A stretch of 63,960 nucleotides of DNA, the filler included, from Basidiobolus ranarum (lineage: Eukaryota), in the NCBI GenBank assembly GCA_040143965.1. It is 3 parts of 3 records of this genome, joined end to end, with 100 filler letters (N's around TTAATTAATTAA, not from the genome) between each part and the next. Parts side by side here need not be neighbours in the genome. Positions count along the whole stretch, not along the records: positions 22,829 to 45,527 come from JASJQH010007056.1; 2 more parts are not named here. One strand, written 5' to 3'. Below, one piece after another: positions 24,010-39,867 of this stretch. A program made the translations under genes and the position numbers. The notes beneath the pieces were generated by a model. The model was given only the letters and a program-made list of their open reading frames with translations. It had not been told where the DNA came from and searched no databases. Position 1 is the stretch's first letter. Each line of letters opens with the position of its first letter.

Positions 24010-25303
24010 ATGGTAGCTTGCGAAGATGGGTGCCTTTATGTATATACATATAACGGGAAACGGTAATAGTGCGACGAGTTGTGAATTCCTATGCAATATT
24101 CTGAGCATTCTTTCATTTTGATTCCATAGACTCCTACCTTGTATGATGCTAGATGCGCCAGTTTCTTTTATAGACAGCTGTGGGGACTTCCTTATGTGTA
24201 TCACGGCTGTTGGCCTGTTGAGTGTTTGGTAAGTGGAATTCGAGTCTTCGGGGTAAACGATTCGACTAACTAATGAACTAATTCAATGTCGCTTAGGAAT
24301 GTCACACAGCAAACGGTGCTTATCTCTTCGGTTTCGCTATCACCTATTTTGCTCACTGCCACACTACCCTCGAATAGTCCACACAAATCTGTCAACATTA
24401 CATCGGCCATTGTTCGTTCACAAGGACTACCTCTAATAACTACTAGTGATGGCCAAGGCTACACATACCACCTTAATATGAAATCATGGGTTCGGATTGT
24501 CGATAGATGGTTTGTTGCCTCCGAGTTTTATGGCTCTACTAGCCTGGTTTCCGATGAAAAAAAGAACATCTTGTCTTCCTTACAACGAGCTGCCACTCGT
24601 AACTGTGAGGTTGAATTCATGCAAGGCCCATTCCCCCAAGCTCTACTTAGCACGGACCGTAAGGCACAAAGCGTAATCACCATGTCTCATCTAGAGGTAG
24701 ATATAGATTCCTATTTCTTGGATATTCGTAAGGCATTTAGGTTGTTAATTTTGATGAAATGAACTCTAGTCGTCACTGGAATCTTCCAAATTGTTACAAT
24801 CTCCCGCAGAATACCGTCATTGGTTATTATGTTATGCCCGGCGCCTAGCGGATGAAGGGGCGGAACTTCGTGCTGAGGATTTATGCCGGGAATTGCTAGG
24901 GCCACTCTATCGGTACTTCAATTTTCTTTTAATAACGTCATACCCAGAGCGCCTCATTCATTCGTCTAATTTCTATTCGTCATCCAGACTCAGTAGCTCC
25001 AAGAGCTTGACCACTTCGAAATGGAATCCTTTGATATTGGTAAACAGCATCAGTTGAGTTGAATGGAGGCGTTTCTAGCAATACTAAATTATCTACATTA
25101 AAGGGATTCCCTAAGCATGAGTTACTACGTGAAATCTTGCCTATTCTAGGTTTGTACACTCTTTCTCGCCACTTCCAACCCCCACCATTCAGTATATAAT
25201 ATGTTATTTTACAGGTGGCAACCGTTGTCTCCAGCGAATCTCCACCGAGTACAGCAAGTCGCTGAAGGAACTAGCGCCAGAAAACCCAATGGATCAACCT
25301 TAA
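24010..25303 (+). pseudogene. HIR1: HIRA/Hir1 histone chaperone, C-terminal domain only (5' WD40 part absent)
   Basis: VACEDGCLYVYTYNGKR|LLPCMMLDAP, YHLNMKSWVRI, ITMSHLE, SPAEYRHWLLCYARRLADEG, LCRELLGP, GGNRCLQRI; exons and splice sites intact, but repeat-like AT-rich DNA lies directly upstream. Confidence 0.8.
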
Positions 25304-25697
25304 CTAAACATTCTGTACCCAATTGATTGCCTCGTGGAACAAACAAATATACTTTTCTAAACCACACACTATGTATTAACTCTTTTCCTTTTCACGTTCG
25401 ATGGTAATTTTGTATAAACACGCAGTTGTGTTGGTTTAATGAAACGGTATTAGGATCCTTAATCGTCAAGTTAATTTATTGGACCTGTTTAGATTTGTCC
25501 CGAGAGATACTATTGTTTCTATGAGAGTTAAAGAGAAATTCCCATTGACTTTCTTAATTTTGTGGTAAAATAAAGAAACTGACATGAATGTGAAACTTAT
25601 TCAAGACAACTAAAATGCAATAAGAATCGCTTCTTTCTGCCTGTATGACCTCCAAGGTCAAAATACTTCTGGTTTCTACTACGACCAAGTCAATCTT

Positions 25698-26189
25698 CTA
25701 TGATTCTTCCTCTGTTTCGAGATCCATCTCTTTAACCAACCACTCGACTTTTCTGACTTCAGTTAAAGTGTATGCAGGTCTCTTACTCTGAGGGAGAGAT
25801 TTAGCAGCCTCTTCTAGAGTTCGAAAGTGAGTAGGACTAGTAAGATGTTTGACCTTCAAAAAGAGGAATCAGTTCACGTATTTTAAATGGCAGTAAACAA
25901 CCGATTCAACATTTACCCAGTCATGATAATACTCGAATTCTCTCTTACAAGTTGAGCATCGCCAAGTTCTATGTTCTAACATAGGATCGGAGGTTTGTGT
26001 AGGTTTACTAGTTCCAACTGAATAGTTCACTTTTCTACGTAAGTGTCTCTTTGAAGTAAAGTGTCTGTCATACTCGCTTAAGGTTTGAAACCTCTTATCT
26101 GGACAGACGGAACAACGTAGATTTGGGCATACCTCAGCCTTGGTTAGGGTAAAGTGGTAATTAGCACTAACGAAGGCACTTTCAGTCAT
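25698..26189 (-). CDS. Small protein with two U1C/matrin-like C2H2 zinc fingers, 2 exons (intron 25854-25916)
   Basis: CSVCPDKRFQTLSEYDRHFTSKRH and CSTCKREFEYYHDW|VKHLTSPTH (H-x5-H spacing). Confidence 0.75.
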
Positions 26190-27530
26190 GTATAAAAGGT
26201 TACCTGTAATTTTTTTAGTCTCTTCTTCGTATGAGTATTGCTTGATTTTTCACTAGTCGTCAAACACTGCTCGATGGTGGTTGAACTGTGAGATGAATTG
26301 GGCATGGAGGTGTACCTTGGTTATTTTTTTACGCCATATGTACAATGGGTTAACGAGAACGATATCATTAATTTCTCAAGATAAACATTGGATTCTCAAC
26401 CACTTCACTGATTGAATGAAAATCAATGGATTTCTTTTTGTCTTTGATGAAATTACATTAATACATGGTAGTATTGCAGTTATCTCCACTGCGTTCCTAC
26501 TAATTTCATGCAGGCATATAAATATACAATTGTTGTTGACACAACTTCGAGTTCTATCTTTGTCTTTGATGCGAATGGACTACTAGCTGTCTGCCTATTC
26601 AATCACATTATTCTATATCCATCGAAGTAATTGTATACTTTCAAATTGCTACTTTTGCATGCCAAACTTACCTATAGTCTCCATATAAATATACAATGAT
26701 GAGTATATTTGTTCATTACTTATCATTGGTCTATCTCCGAGTCTCCTATTTTATCTAAGGGTCCTTTCTACTATTTAGGTGGTAAGGGACAATTTAATCA
26801 AAAATCATGATATCAGCACTATCCAACAGTTATGATCGGCTTCAATCAAGTTCAATCTAGTTTTTGACACAAATATATATATAAAACACAATCCCTTCTG
26901 TACTTGAGAGAATTAGGAATACGTCGCAAGTGGCATTATTCTTGTAAGTCATTAGAAAAATAACTGACTGCTTATAAAAAGCAAACAAGTCGTTGAAGAT
27001 ATACTATAGTAGTGGAGGGTATTCTCCAAATTGATTTGACACTTACCTATTCCCACCAGGCGACAACGCGTAGAAAACTTCCATTCACCAGTTTCTAGAC
27101 TACTTATCATGCTAGGCATCATAACGCAAAACTCGTTTGAAGTCATTATGACACTTGATCGTTATGACGGCTGAAATTTTCCAAGTGGGATCCGCAATTT
27201 ATTTGAATTGAATGGTTGCTAAAAATCTCTCTACCTAGTTCGTAGCTAATAGAATTTCCTTGGCTATTGCAAGGAAAGTTCAAAATGAAAAGGGTATTAA
27301 ATGTGAGGATCTACCACTTGAATGAGAGAAGAAGGATGCATATTTTGGAGTCTTATAAGGGCCAACTATGAACATGAAGCTGCATGAAAGAAAAGTGGTG
27401 TGGCATAAGGGTAGACCTGGGCATGGGTATTGGTTTACCAAGATTGAAGATAAACTATAGATCGTACGGGAAGAAAATCTGAAGAGCTTGCAAGATCCAA
27501 TGTACGGAAAGGGTGTTTACCATGCAATAA

Positions 27531-29485
<1,955 letters not shown>

Positions 29486-30918
29486 GTTTGTTCAGTCCAA
29501 AAATATCCAGTAGAAAGTTCGAAGGAGAAGAGATTCGGTTGGAATCCTTGAGTGCAAAGTTGTAGTAAACGAGAATAGATGAGGTAAAAGGGAGTGGTAA
29601 TGACAGAGCAATATATAAGAATTTAGTGCGGCTTTACTTTGGTGTGAATGAGTAAAAGTTCTTGTTGCTATGAGTTAATATATGAAAGCTAGTGTTGGTC
29701 AGCAGTTACTAGCTTTTACGGGACTCTATTCTATTTAGTGCCAGAAGTTAGAAAGAGACCGAACCCAAAGTCGTAAAGACAAAGTATCGAAGGAAGGAGA
29801 AGAGGCGTTGGAAATTCCTAATCAAATGAGAAAGCAATAGTGACGGGATAAGGTTTAGCAGGAGTATGGAAATCCGACAATGGTATCCAAGTGGAGCCGT
29901 AAATAGTTGCAGTCTCAATGCAAAACAGATTAAATCAAGGGAGTCAATGCTGAATGAAATCCACTTACTGAACAGAAAGTTGATTCAGGGATATTCGGGT
30001 TGGATAAGATGTCAAACAGTTCGATGAAAAAATCTAACATTAGTAACCGAGTCAAATGGCTCGCCAGGACCTATCTGTATATTTTGTAATCAGATGCCTT
30101 TTTTACTCTTCTGTTGTTATTGAGACCCAAAACCATGAGCACAAGTAATTATGGACCAATCGTGGAGCTTACCTAGGTACCAACCCAGCTATTTGGTCTG
30201 TCAATAAGGCTTCTAGGTAGGACCAATACGTAATCTATTTGTTTTTAATTTCCCCTCACTTGTGGTCACGTTGGTGCAGGGCCTAATTTGAATCAACTCG
30301 CTAATTCAAGTATTGCATCGCCATATCGGTCAGCGGCAATCGTGGTGATATAACTCTATATAAGGCTGCATGGGCAGGACAGGATCTAGGCTAGCCGCTG
30401 TGTTAACTACTACAAAGAAGCGAATGTTGTATGCCCTAAGTCGTCTTGAATGGAAAGTAGGCCGCGCCACATCCATTGGGTACGGTATGAGCCACGCCCG
30501 GGTCCTAACGGTTCCTCATCGCAAGTTGCTTCGAACTGTTAGTGCCATAGATGAAGCCCTAGCCATCTATAGGGTCTAAGAGACGCGGATACATTCGGGT
30601 AGAGAAAGGGCAAACAATAGATAATTGACAGAATATTAGTTTGTTAAGTTCCGTAACATTTTGTTGAATAAATCGTTGAAATGGTTGTTGGTTGTTGGCC
30701 GGAGATAAGGAGAATCCGCTACAATGGGAAAGGGGTGATTGTTGAGTGATCAAATTGGCATGCATCATGTGACGGCAATGTGGTCGGTATTATTGGTGAA
30801 AGCATAAAATGCTCACTACGAATGCCACAAACCCTTTGTTAACTGGCTTTGGAGGTAAAATCGGTCATTCAAGGTGTAAATCAATCTTTCTAATCCCATT
30901 AAACCATTAAAATCCCAA

Positions 30919-32988
30919 ATGATAATCTCTAAACCCCAAAGTTTAATTCTGTTGGTTGGCCTCCTTCAAGGCCTAACACTAGCCAATCCAACACCACAAA
31001 TTCAGCAATCCGATCCATGTACCACCTTATCCCGTAGTTCAGGAGATTTCCTAACTTACGACACAGTCCTAGAATGCTATAGAAATATACCATTCGCAGA
31101 GAATGTGAGAGAACAAACTGTGAGCAATCTAATGAAGGCCCTTCAATTCTATGTGTTTAAAAATGTCGCTAAAGAAGGCCCTGAGGGGATAGATTTAATT
31201 CAAGAGCTGGAAGATCTGTTGGTGGCGAATTTCACTAATGATTTCGATTTTCAAGAAAGTGTTCATGAAGTATTTGTGCCGTTGAACGATGGCCACGTAG
31301 GATACCAGCCTAATTGCTATCGAACTATGAGCTTCACTCAAGCATTCCCGTTGATTTCATATGTAGATTCAGAAAATATCCAACGTGTGTACATACTGGA
31401 TCATCTAGTATTCCGACGAGGACTATATGACAAAGTAAAGGAACTTTCTGGCGTTAGTGTTGACAAGTATCTAGGGATGGAAGTTACCGAGATCGATGGT
31501 GTACCGGTACTTGAAGCATTACAGCAATTTGCCGACGAGGAGCTAGGTCGAACCAAGGACTCTCAACAACGATTTGAAATGTTACTTGCTAACCATGCGC
31601 TGTCCTCTTCAGGCCAATGGCGAAGTTTCTTTGGATATTGGGCATCACCAGGAATTGTTCCAGATAAATCTAGTGTAACTTACACCATTCGATCACCTCA
31701 ATATGCTTCTACAACGGTGACCATCCCATGGATTGCCGTTTCCCAAGTCAAGTTGAACAGCTTTTCAGATACACAAAGCTATAAAAAGGAGTTCTGCGAT
31801 GTAGACACTACAAGTCCATATGGAGTACAATTTCTGAATCCTTCGACCTTAGGTCTGTTACCAGAACCAGGGCCAGGGGAATCTGAGGTGGAGAATCCAT
31901 CTACACCTTACGGTAAATTTCCGGTCACATTAAACAATCCTATAGTTAGTACAGGGCTATTAAAGTTCTACCAGCTTGATAGTAACACTGGAGTGCTAGT
32001 GCTGCCAACGTTTTCTCTGGGCGACAAGATGACGTTAAATGAATTCGATACCTATATGGAACGAGGCTTGGATAAGTTTAAACAACTTGGTATAAAGAAA
32101 CTGATATTAGTAAGTGGTAAACGGTAGACTAGTATTATTGACAGGCTTTAACATTCCTCTATTGTTAAGGACTTTACCAACAATCCAGGCGGGTCAATAT
32201 GCCTTGGTTACAAATTAGTGAATTATCTGTTCCCTCAAATTCCACGTTCACAGCTTTATTATCAATCTGACCTCAGTCGGACACCACTATCGATGGAACT
32301 TTCCAAACGTAACTCTATTTGGAGATGCTCAAACTACTTCGATCCTCAGGAAAACGTCTTACATGGGCCACTTTCTTGTATGTTACCAGGAATGACATAC
32401 AATAGGGGAGGCGAGCCATCGGATTTCACCCATTTGATGCAATACAACTGCGATTACCAAGTAAATCGAAATATAGTCCGCGAGCCGTGGTTTCAGGCCC
32501 AGAATGTAGCAATAGTAACCAATGGTAGATGTGCGTCGACCTGCTCCTCGGTTTCAAAGTATGTTCTATGTTTTTCTGTTGACGTACATTTCCCATCTAA
32601 TATTTCTCTATTGCATAGCTTTTTGCAACGAGTTCTGAAAGTTCGTACTTTTGTTACCTCTCCTTTTCCTTCGGGCACTAATCCACCGATTAGCACTGCT
32701 CCTGGCGGAATGGTTTTCACGTATGACAACCTACTGTGGCAAATCGTAGATGCGGGCTTGGGCAAGAGAGAAGATGCGCCTAAGAAATTTCCCCAAAAAG
32801 CCGACTTCTATTTCACTATCATGGAGAATTATGGCTGGAATTCAAGTCTGCCTGATGAGTATGCTCAACGGCCAGCCACTGACCGAGTGGTCATAGATGA
32901 AAACAAATTCTTTAATCCAGTTGACGTATGGACCGAAGTGTCGGAGAGGATGAGCTGTAACAAACAACAGCATCATAGTAAGGATTAG
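30919..32988 (+). CDS. Secreted peptidase S41-family protein, 3 exons
   Basis: Signal peptide; LNDGH, VLVLPTF, LIL|DFTNNPGG, VTNGRCASTCS. Confidence 0.85.
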
Positions 32989-33453
32989 AAGTACCAGACA
33001 CTAATCCTTCATGATCTTCTCTCTTCGCAAACATAGAATGGCTAAAGCAATGCCACCGAAATTGAATATTTCCAAATGTTGTACATATACACCTATATAA
33101 ACAATATCCGGTATTTGAATAAACTCGATTACAGTCTTGCTGTTCTTTAATTTCCATTCAACCACCAGCTGGCATATTTTGGCGAGTCAGCACACTCTCA
33201 CTATGGAGATATTTGGTCATTGAGAAGATTAGTGAAAAGCTCAAACTGATCTACAAAACCGGTTGGTGTCACATCCTTAGCTAATACATCACAACAAGAA
33301 GAGTATCTTATCATTCCAATGATCTTCGACGGAGAAATATATGACAGTTTTAAGTTCCCTTTAAAACCAGGCTTCCCCACTGGCATTCTGCTTGTCGACA
33401 GTCTATCCTGGATTGATCTAGTCAGGCTGTTACACCGGTCCATCTGCTTAACC

Positions 33454-34924
33454 ATGACTTGTAGTGAACTTGAGAAAGTACCTTTGGAACTACTAGAGGT
33501 TGAGTCAGACCTTAAGAGAGATACCGAAGTAAACTTGCCCAACGCATCTGATTCATTTCCAGAGGGGGGATGGGGATGGCTGGTCGTAGCCTCGAGCTTT
33601 CTCATTCATTTCATAGTATTGGGCATCCAATATACGTTTGGAATTTACCAGCAACATTACACAGCTGTAGTGTTTCCGGGGGTTAAAGAATCGGAAGTAT
33701 CTTTAATCGGAACTCTAGGCTCTTCTATAATGTTTATTTTTGGAATAGTCGCTGGTAGATTGGCAGATTCTTATGGATTTAAAAAAGTACAATTCACCGG
33801 CAATATAGTTTTATGTGGCGGATTAATTGCTGCTTCATTCGCAAGTCAGGTACAGAAACATTTTATTATCTAACTTAATTATCATCTAACTTTGGATTCT
33901 CAGGTTTGGCACCTTTACTTATCTCAAGGAGTACTCTATGGGCTTGGTGGGTCACTCTGCTTCTTTCCTGCCGTAAGTATTCCTTCTCAATGGTTTGCTA
34001 AGCGCAGGGGTTTGGCCACTGGGATTGCTGTCTCTGGGGGTGGGATTGGCGGTCTGGTATTGGCACCTATTACCAGAAGCTTGATTGCTAAATTTGGGTT
34101 TAGGTGGAGCTTGAGAATCCTCGGATTGAGTGGATTTATCTTATTAAGCTTGGCCTCTGTTCTGTTGAAAACTCGAATTCAAAACAACTCGAGATCACCA
34201 ATCATAGACCTTTCGCTCTTTAACAGTCCAAAATTCTCTATTCTATTTCTGATTGGAATGATAGTAAGCTTTGGCTACTTGGTGCCATTCTTCTTTTTAC
34301 CAAGTAAGTAAAGAGATTTAGGACAACTATCTTTACTAAATGCAGTCACAACCTAACGATTTTGCTCCTAGATTATGTCTTGTACAGTGGATTGTCCATC
34401 GAAATTGGATCATTACTCTTGGGCTTATTGAATGGCTCCTCCGCACTTGGGAGAGTTATGCTTGGTTATATAGCGGATGGAATTGGACGCGTAAACAGTC
34501 TGTTTATGTCATTATTCATCGGAACTCTTTCTATATTTTTGTTATGGAGCTTGTCTTCAGGATTTATTTCATTGTTGATTTTTGTGTTACTGTATGGCTT
34601 TACCGCTGGTGGTTTTGTCAGTCTGTTTCCAGTAGTGGCATCTGAGGTTCATGGTATGTGATCACCTTTCAATCATATTGCACTCTCACTTTGTGGGTTA
34701 ACGAACATCGACATGTAGGTGCGGAAAAACTTGCTACTGTAGCTGGTTTCTTGTACGTTTCTATTGGTTTTGGTAGCTTGGTGGGTATACCCATTGCTGG
34801 TGCTATTTTAGATGCGTCTCGCCATTTAGAACATTTCACTTATCTGCCCATTATACTCTACTCTGGGTTCATGATGCTATTGGGCTCAATATTAGCTGGA
34901 ATTCTAAAATTTGTCAAATCTTAG
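33454..34924 (+). CDS. MFS monocarboxylate-transporter-like protein (Mch family), 4 exons
   Basis: FPEGGWGWLVV, GRLADSYG, QWFAKRRGLATGIAVSGGGIGG, GRVMLGYIADGIGR. Confidence 0.9.
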
Positions 34925-36371
34925 AATTCCCCAAGTCAGATATACAAGTGAGGATACGTGATCAGCACCAACAAAAATAACCCTAGACTCATATCAAGAA
35001 TGCATTAGATTGAGGTGTTGAAGTAAAGCGTCATTGCTATTTATAAATCTCAGTTCACAGAGGACAAATATAGAAAATCATCTTTTTTAGAACGGCAATG
35101 TTCTCAATGGAACCGTGTATATTATTTCCCGAATGTGAGCAATTCCTATGTTTCTTTATTTAATTCGCACTAGCCTCAACTCCACATTACTGCACTTAAC
35201 TACGTCATATTAGCTTCAAATAATGGTAGTTAGGCTTCTAGTAATAATAAGGGATGGATAGAAATGCTACAACGGTATTAATAAGGGTTGCAAAGATCAA
35301 ACAAAGCTCTTCACAAACTGATGATATCGGTAATCTACAATAATGGTCGAGCACCACAGTTCGAATTCACATTGACTATCTTACGCCAAATTCCTTACTA
35401 GGTCACCTGTGGGTTTATTAGAGCCCATGTTAAATAAATATACAATTGAGCGAAGCACTGGCGCGAGCAAACCCATGTTAGAAATTTTCATTTGATTCTC
35501 TCTCCCAGATTTCTAAGAAATACCATAAACATCTGGCCTTTTTCCACCAGTGAGCTTTCTTATACTGTGGGGCTCGAATCTATTCCAAATCTTGTCATAA
35601 CATAACATATCATGACCACCATGATCAAGTGGCAGTGCTTACCTAGACGAGTAAACTGATGGTTTCAGCATGATATGTAGGTAGATTCAATATTCAAATT
35701 CCATTCATGAAGTTTGATCTAAGTTTCAGTTTCTTTCTTTACAGCGATAGTGTATCCCATGAGAGAACGTATTCTTTCCGAAGTGTAACATACAACAGTC
35801 GTTTATGAGGTCCTTGTGATCTTTAGATTTGTCGCTATGCAAGTGATGTCAAAATGGTCATTGTAAGTAATAATGCCAAGAAACAGTGCACGCCAACATT
35901 TATTGAATGCTACGGAGTGACATTCTACAACTGGGCTGTCATCGCTCCGTAGATGGCTTATTGTTGCTTGTTAAAATGTCAACTCATTTTAATCCCGTTA
36001 GAGCATAGAAGCTAGCTAATCAAAGAAATAATCAAATTACCCTGCAACTTACAATTCCGGGATATAGCTTATAAATGAAACATCGTGTTGTGTCAAAGCG
36101 TTCAGAAATTAGTATGAGTTCTTAATATCCAACTGAATCCCAATTTATATGTTGATCTTAGAGAAACAACCCAAGGATAAAACAAAGCTAAAACAGATCT
36201 TGGCAAATTAGATTTAGACATTAATTGCAACCTCATTATGGGAATTAGTATAGACAAGACGTCATCTATTTTCCAGAGTTTGGTATAATCAATAGTCACA
36301 AAAACAAGCTCAGCCATCATGGCATTTAGAGTTCCCCTTGAGGTTAACTGAGAGCACTATTTATTACCCAT

Positions 36372-39300
36372 ATGAGCGAGACACTGAAAGACGTACCAGA
36401 AATATTCGAGAACGAACTCAAAGAGTCGTTAAACGTCAGAACTGAAGGGTTAGGTTGTTATTTGCAATTAACAGGAATATTTACTGTTATTGGTCTCATC
36501 CCACCACTTACATTGATAACCCCCACTATGTAGCCGCATACAGAGAGTTGGGTCCTCCAGATCTTTGCCATGTACTGAAGTCCTCAGGAAAACAAGGAAT
36601 TAAAGAGGTTTGTAACGTGAAATATAAACCTGACTCCGTCAAGAATACATCACACTTTTGCCTTCTTGCTATTCATTCCTAGTTTTTCGAATTCACCACT
36701 TATGAATTTTACACACTAGATTGGTTCTTATCATCACGTTATGGGAATTGACGCCTCCTCTTCCGCTAGTCTTGCGGCATATATAAACTCTTTAACCTAT
36801 TCATTGGTAAGGCCAATTATTTAACTCAAAGTTAAATTCTAGAATGAACAAACCTATTGATGATTTTAAACCAAGGACGATCCACATGGTTGGTTTGGCA
36901 AAGGAGCGGCCTGGAAAATTAGCTCTGGGGTTTACTGGTAAAGCGTCCACAAATCTCCTTTTACAAGTATATTAACTTAATATTTACTTAAATACCAGTT
37001 GTTATAATGCCTTCTCTCGAGTTGATGTCCGTGTTGAAGTTAATATACCTGGTGGTGTATCTAGTTATGTTGTTAACCAAGCAGGAGAGAAGTATGTATA
37101 CTAAATTTTCAACTATTAGCTCTATCTCATAGTGCTGAGTATGAACCTAATTTTGCTCTATTAGATCAGAGGCAAAGTCTGAGACTTGGCACGAAGCCCA
37201 TATTTCATCAATCCTTCGTTCCTTTCTTTATTCGGATGATGAGAATTATCGTCTTCTAGGACTAAGAAAACTCGACCCAATATCCAATCTCAACACAGAG
37301 AAGCGTTTCCTTGAATCTGCTGAACGAGTATTCTTTAAAGGTTTGTCATGTACCACTATTGCAAAAAGTCACTGAGCATCTATCCATTATTACATGTAAA
37401 AATAGGCTGGCAACTTGGAAGTGACCCTATGGTCCAAGTAGCCACCAATGCTCACAACTATCTCACGGATGGACTGATGAAGTATTTCAATCAAAGCTCC
37501 CGATTTGAAACAGCAGCGACTTTTTTCGAGAAACATATCCTTTTACTTGATCCCTGTCTTGAAATTTTGAAATATACCTGTCATCATTAACTCGTCGCAC
37601 TATATACTAAAGATCCAGAAGTAAGTGCTCTTCTAGCACAGTCGTACTTTGGCATGGGTAAATAAGTAAAATGATAAACGTCAATTTACCAACGTATCTT
37701 TTGTTTACCCGAGAACTTGATTATAGATGAAGAAATCAAAGGAGTCCGCGCTTTACATCACGCTTTGAAGAAAAATAATATGAGTTATCCATTACTGCAC
37801 GTGCAGTCAGACTTCTTATTAAGAAAGGTAATTACTACATTCCAACTAGCAGAGAGAGGCACATCAGTAACGACGAAATTTTAGAAACAAATGGACATTG
37901 CTTTACAGTTAGCAAAACAAGCAGTCAATAGCGCACCTTCCGAGTTTCTCACTTGGGCCAAGCTCACCGAGATCTATATGGAAATGAAGGACTTCAAATC
38001 AGTAAGAGGCTCTTTGTTGATCATATATTAGATGCATCGTCTAAGTACCTTCCATTGTGCTAGGCTCTTTTGACTCTTAACTCCTGCCCGATGTTCACGT
38101 TTACCGATAGAGATTTTCCTCGTATGCCTCAACCCCTAAAGGTTCATTTACCAACAAAATTTGAAGGGAACTATGGTCTTGGTCCAGAAGAAGACAATGA
38201 AAAAGAACTTGAAGTAACAAGTTTATATATATCATAGATAATCGATCAACATTCTCTTAGATAAAAATTGCTCACGTAGGTACAATCTGCTCTTGTTAGA
38301 CTTCCTGCACCTTCACTAAGAGGTACATTTGCAGCTGCATACAATATTCTTACTCTTCTAGTTTCGAAGATCGGATGGGACGAACTCCTAAGGTGTAGAT
38401 CTACTGTATTCGTTATGGAAGAAGAATATCGTCTTCAAAAGGCGCAAGAAGGACATAATTATTCTTCTGATGAGGAATGTAACAACACTTCTGATAACGA
38501 TGATGAGATACCAACCAGTATGAGAGAGCAGCATGCTGCGACTGATAAAGAATCTGTCGAGCAAGATGAAGACTTAAAGGGGCGGTCAAAAACGGATGTA
38601 ACTTCTGTAGAGCTTGATGAGCCAGTTTTAGACACAGCTCCTGAAGTAGCATCTACAAATATAGATCCTACTGATCTGACAAGCCAAGAAAGCCCCCTAG
38701 AGACTGAACATGAAGATAACTTGGATTCTCAAAAGGCGGATGCTGATAAAAACTCTATTATTGGTAATATGGAAAGTGTCGATCTTGACGATGAATTGCA
38801 AGATGAAATCGATAACCAAAATATAGGCAATACTGAGGAACAAGAGACTCGCAAAGCAGAAGACATTGTAGGAAAAGAAACAGAACTAGAAAATACAACC
38901 ATCGAAGATATCAAACTTGATGATAAACAAATCGAATCTACTGTTACACTTGTAGAAGATATCCCAGCCTCGATGTCTGCTCGTAAGAATAGTAATCAAT
39001 CTGAAAAGGTACGAACATTTGGTATATCTAACTTTTCTACTTAATGTGTTAACTTGCTACGTAGACTGAACAGGGTAAAAGAGATTTCATCACTACTTTC
39101 AGTAACAAGAGACTTTGTGAAAGGTAATATTAATTGGAGTTTTTTATGCTCAGGAGTTTACTAAAGATACTTTCATTGCGAACGTATTAGATGGCTGGAC
39201 AATCTATTTATGGTCCTTTACGAGGTATGAGGTAGAATCCTTGATAGTTTCTGAACAATGTTTTAATTACTTTCCAAAGGATTTGAGAGCATATACTGCT

Positions 39301-39867
39301 TGGAGAGCCGAAGCTACTCATGTCAAATCTCAACATCTGACCTACTCTAAAACCGGAGCTGAGTGGGAAGCACTTGGAGATTTAGGACTAAGACTACATC
39401 ACAAGGTTTGCTGTTACAGTAAGAAAAACCACATGTGCAATATAGTAATTTCGTATATTAACAGGAAGAAGCTAAAGAAGCGTATCAACGTTGCTTACAT
39501 AATAAATTCTCGGCTAAGGCTTGGGCAAAGTTGATGAAAGTATATTCGGATGAAGGCAACATCCAGCAAGCACTCTCAGCAATAGCTCAACTTTCGGTAC
39601 ATAATGATAGATGGTACAATGAAATGGTGGTAAGTAGAATATTCACTGTGAGGCCTTTATATAGATTTCTAAAGTATGTTTTGTTTGATGCGCATATAGT
39701 ATCCGTCTCTCATTAGCAATATTTTGAATAGCCTCATTAAGAATCATGGACTATCTAAAGTTCAAAATGTCTTGATATCAATGAATCTACCTACTCCAGT
39801 CTACAAACTGATAACTCGACACTTCACTTACGCAGAAGTATTCCAAATAGAAGGATACGAATGGTAG
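36372..39867 (+). CDS. Exomer cargo adaptor, ChAPs family (Bch1/Bud7-like), many exons
   Basis: RELGPPDLCH, GIDASSSASLAAYIN, YCCYNAFSRVDVRV, ALLTLNSCPMF, IGWDELLRCRSTVFVMEEEYR, KRLCERWLDNLFMVLYEDLR, EWEALGDLGLRL. Confidence 0.93.
37535..37600 (+). other. U12-type AT-AC intron in the ChAP gene
   Basis: 5'ss ATATCCTTT, branch TCATTAAC (37584-37591), 3' end GCAC. Removal gives FFEK-L-YTKDPEV in frame; retention hits TAA inside the branch site. Confidence 0.92.

Noticed and set aside
38415-39008. Long acidic low-complexity insertion in the ChAP protein
   Set aside because: Variable insertions after FVMEEEYR are common in fungal ChAPs
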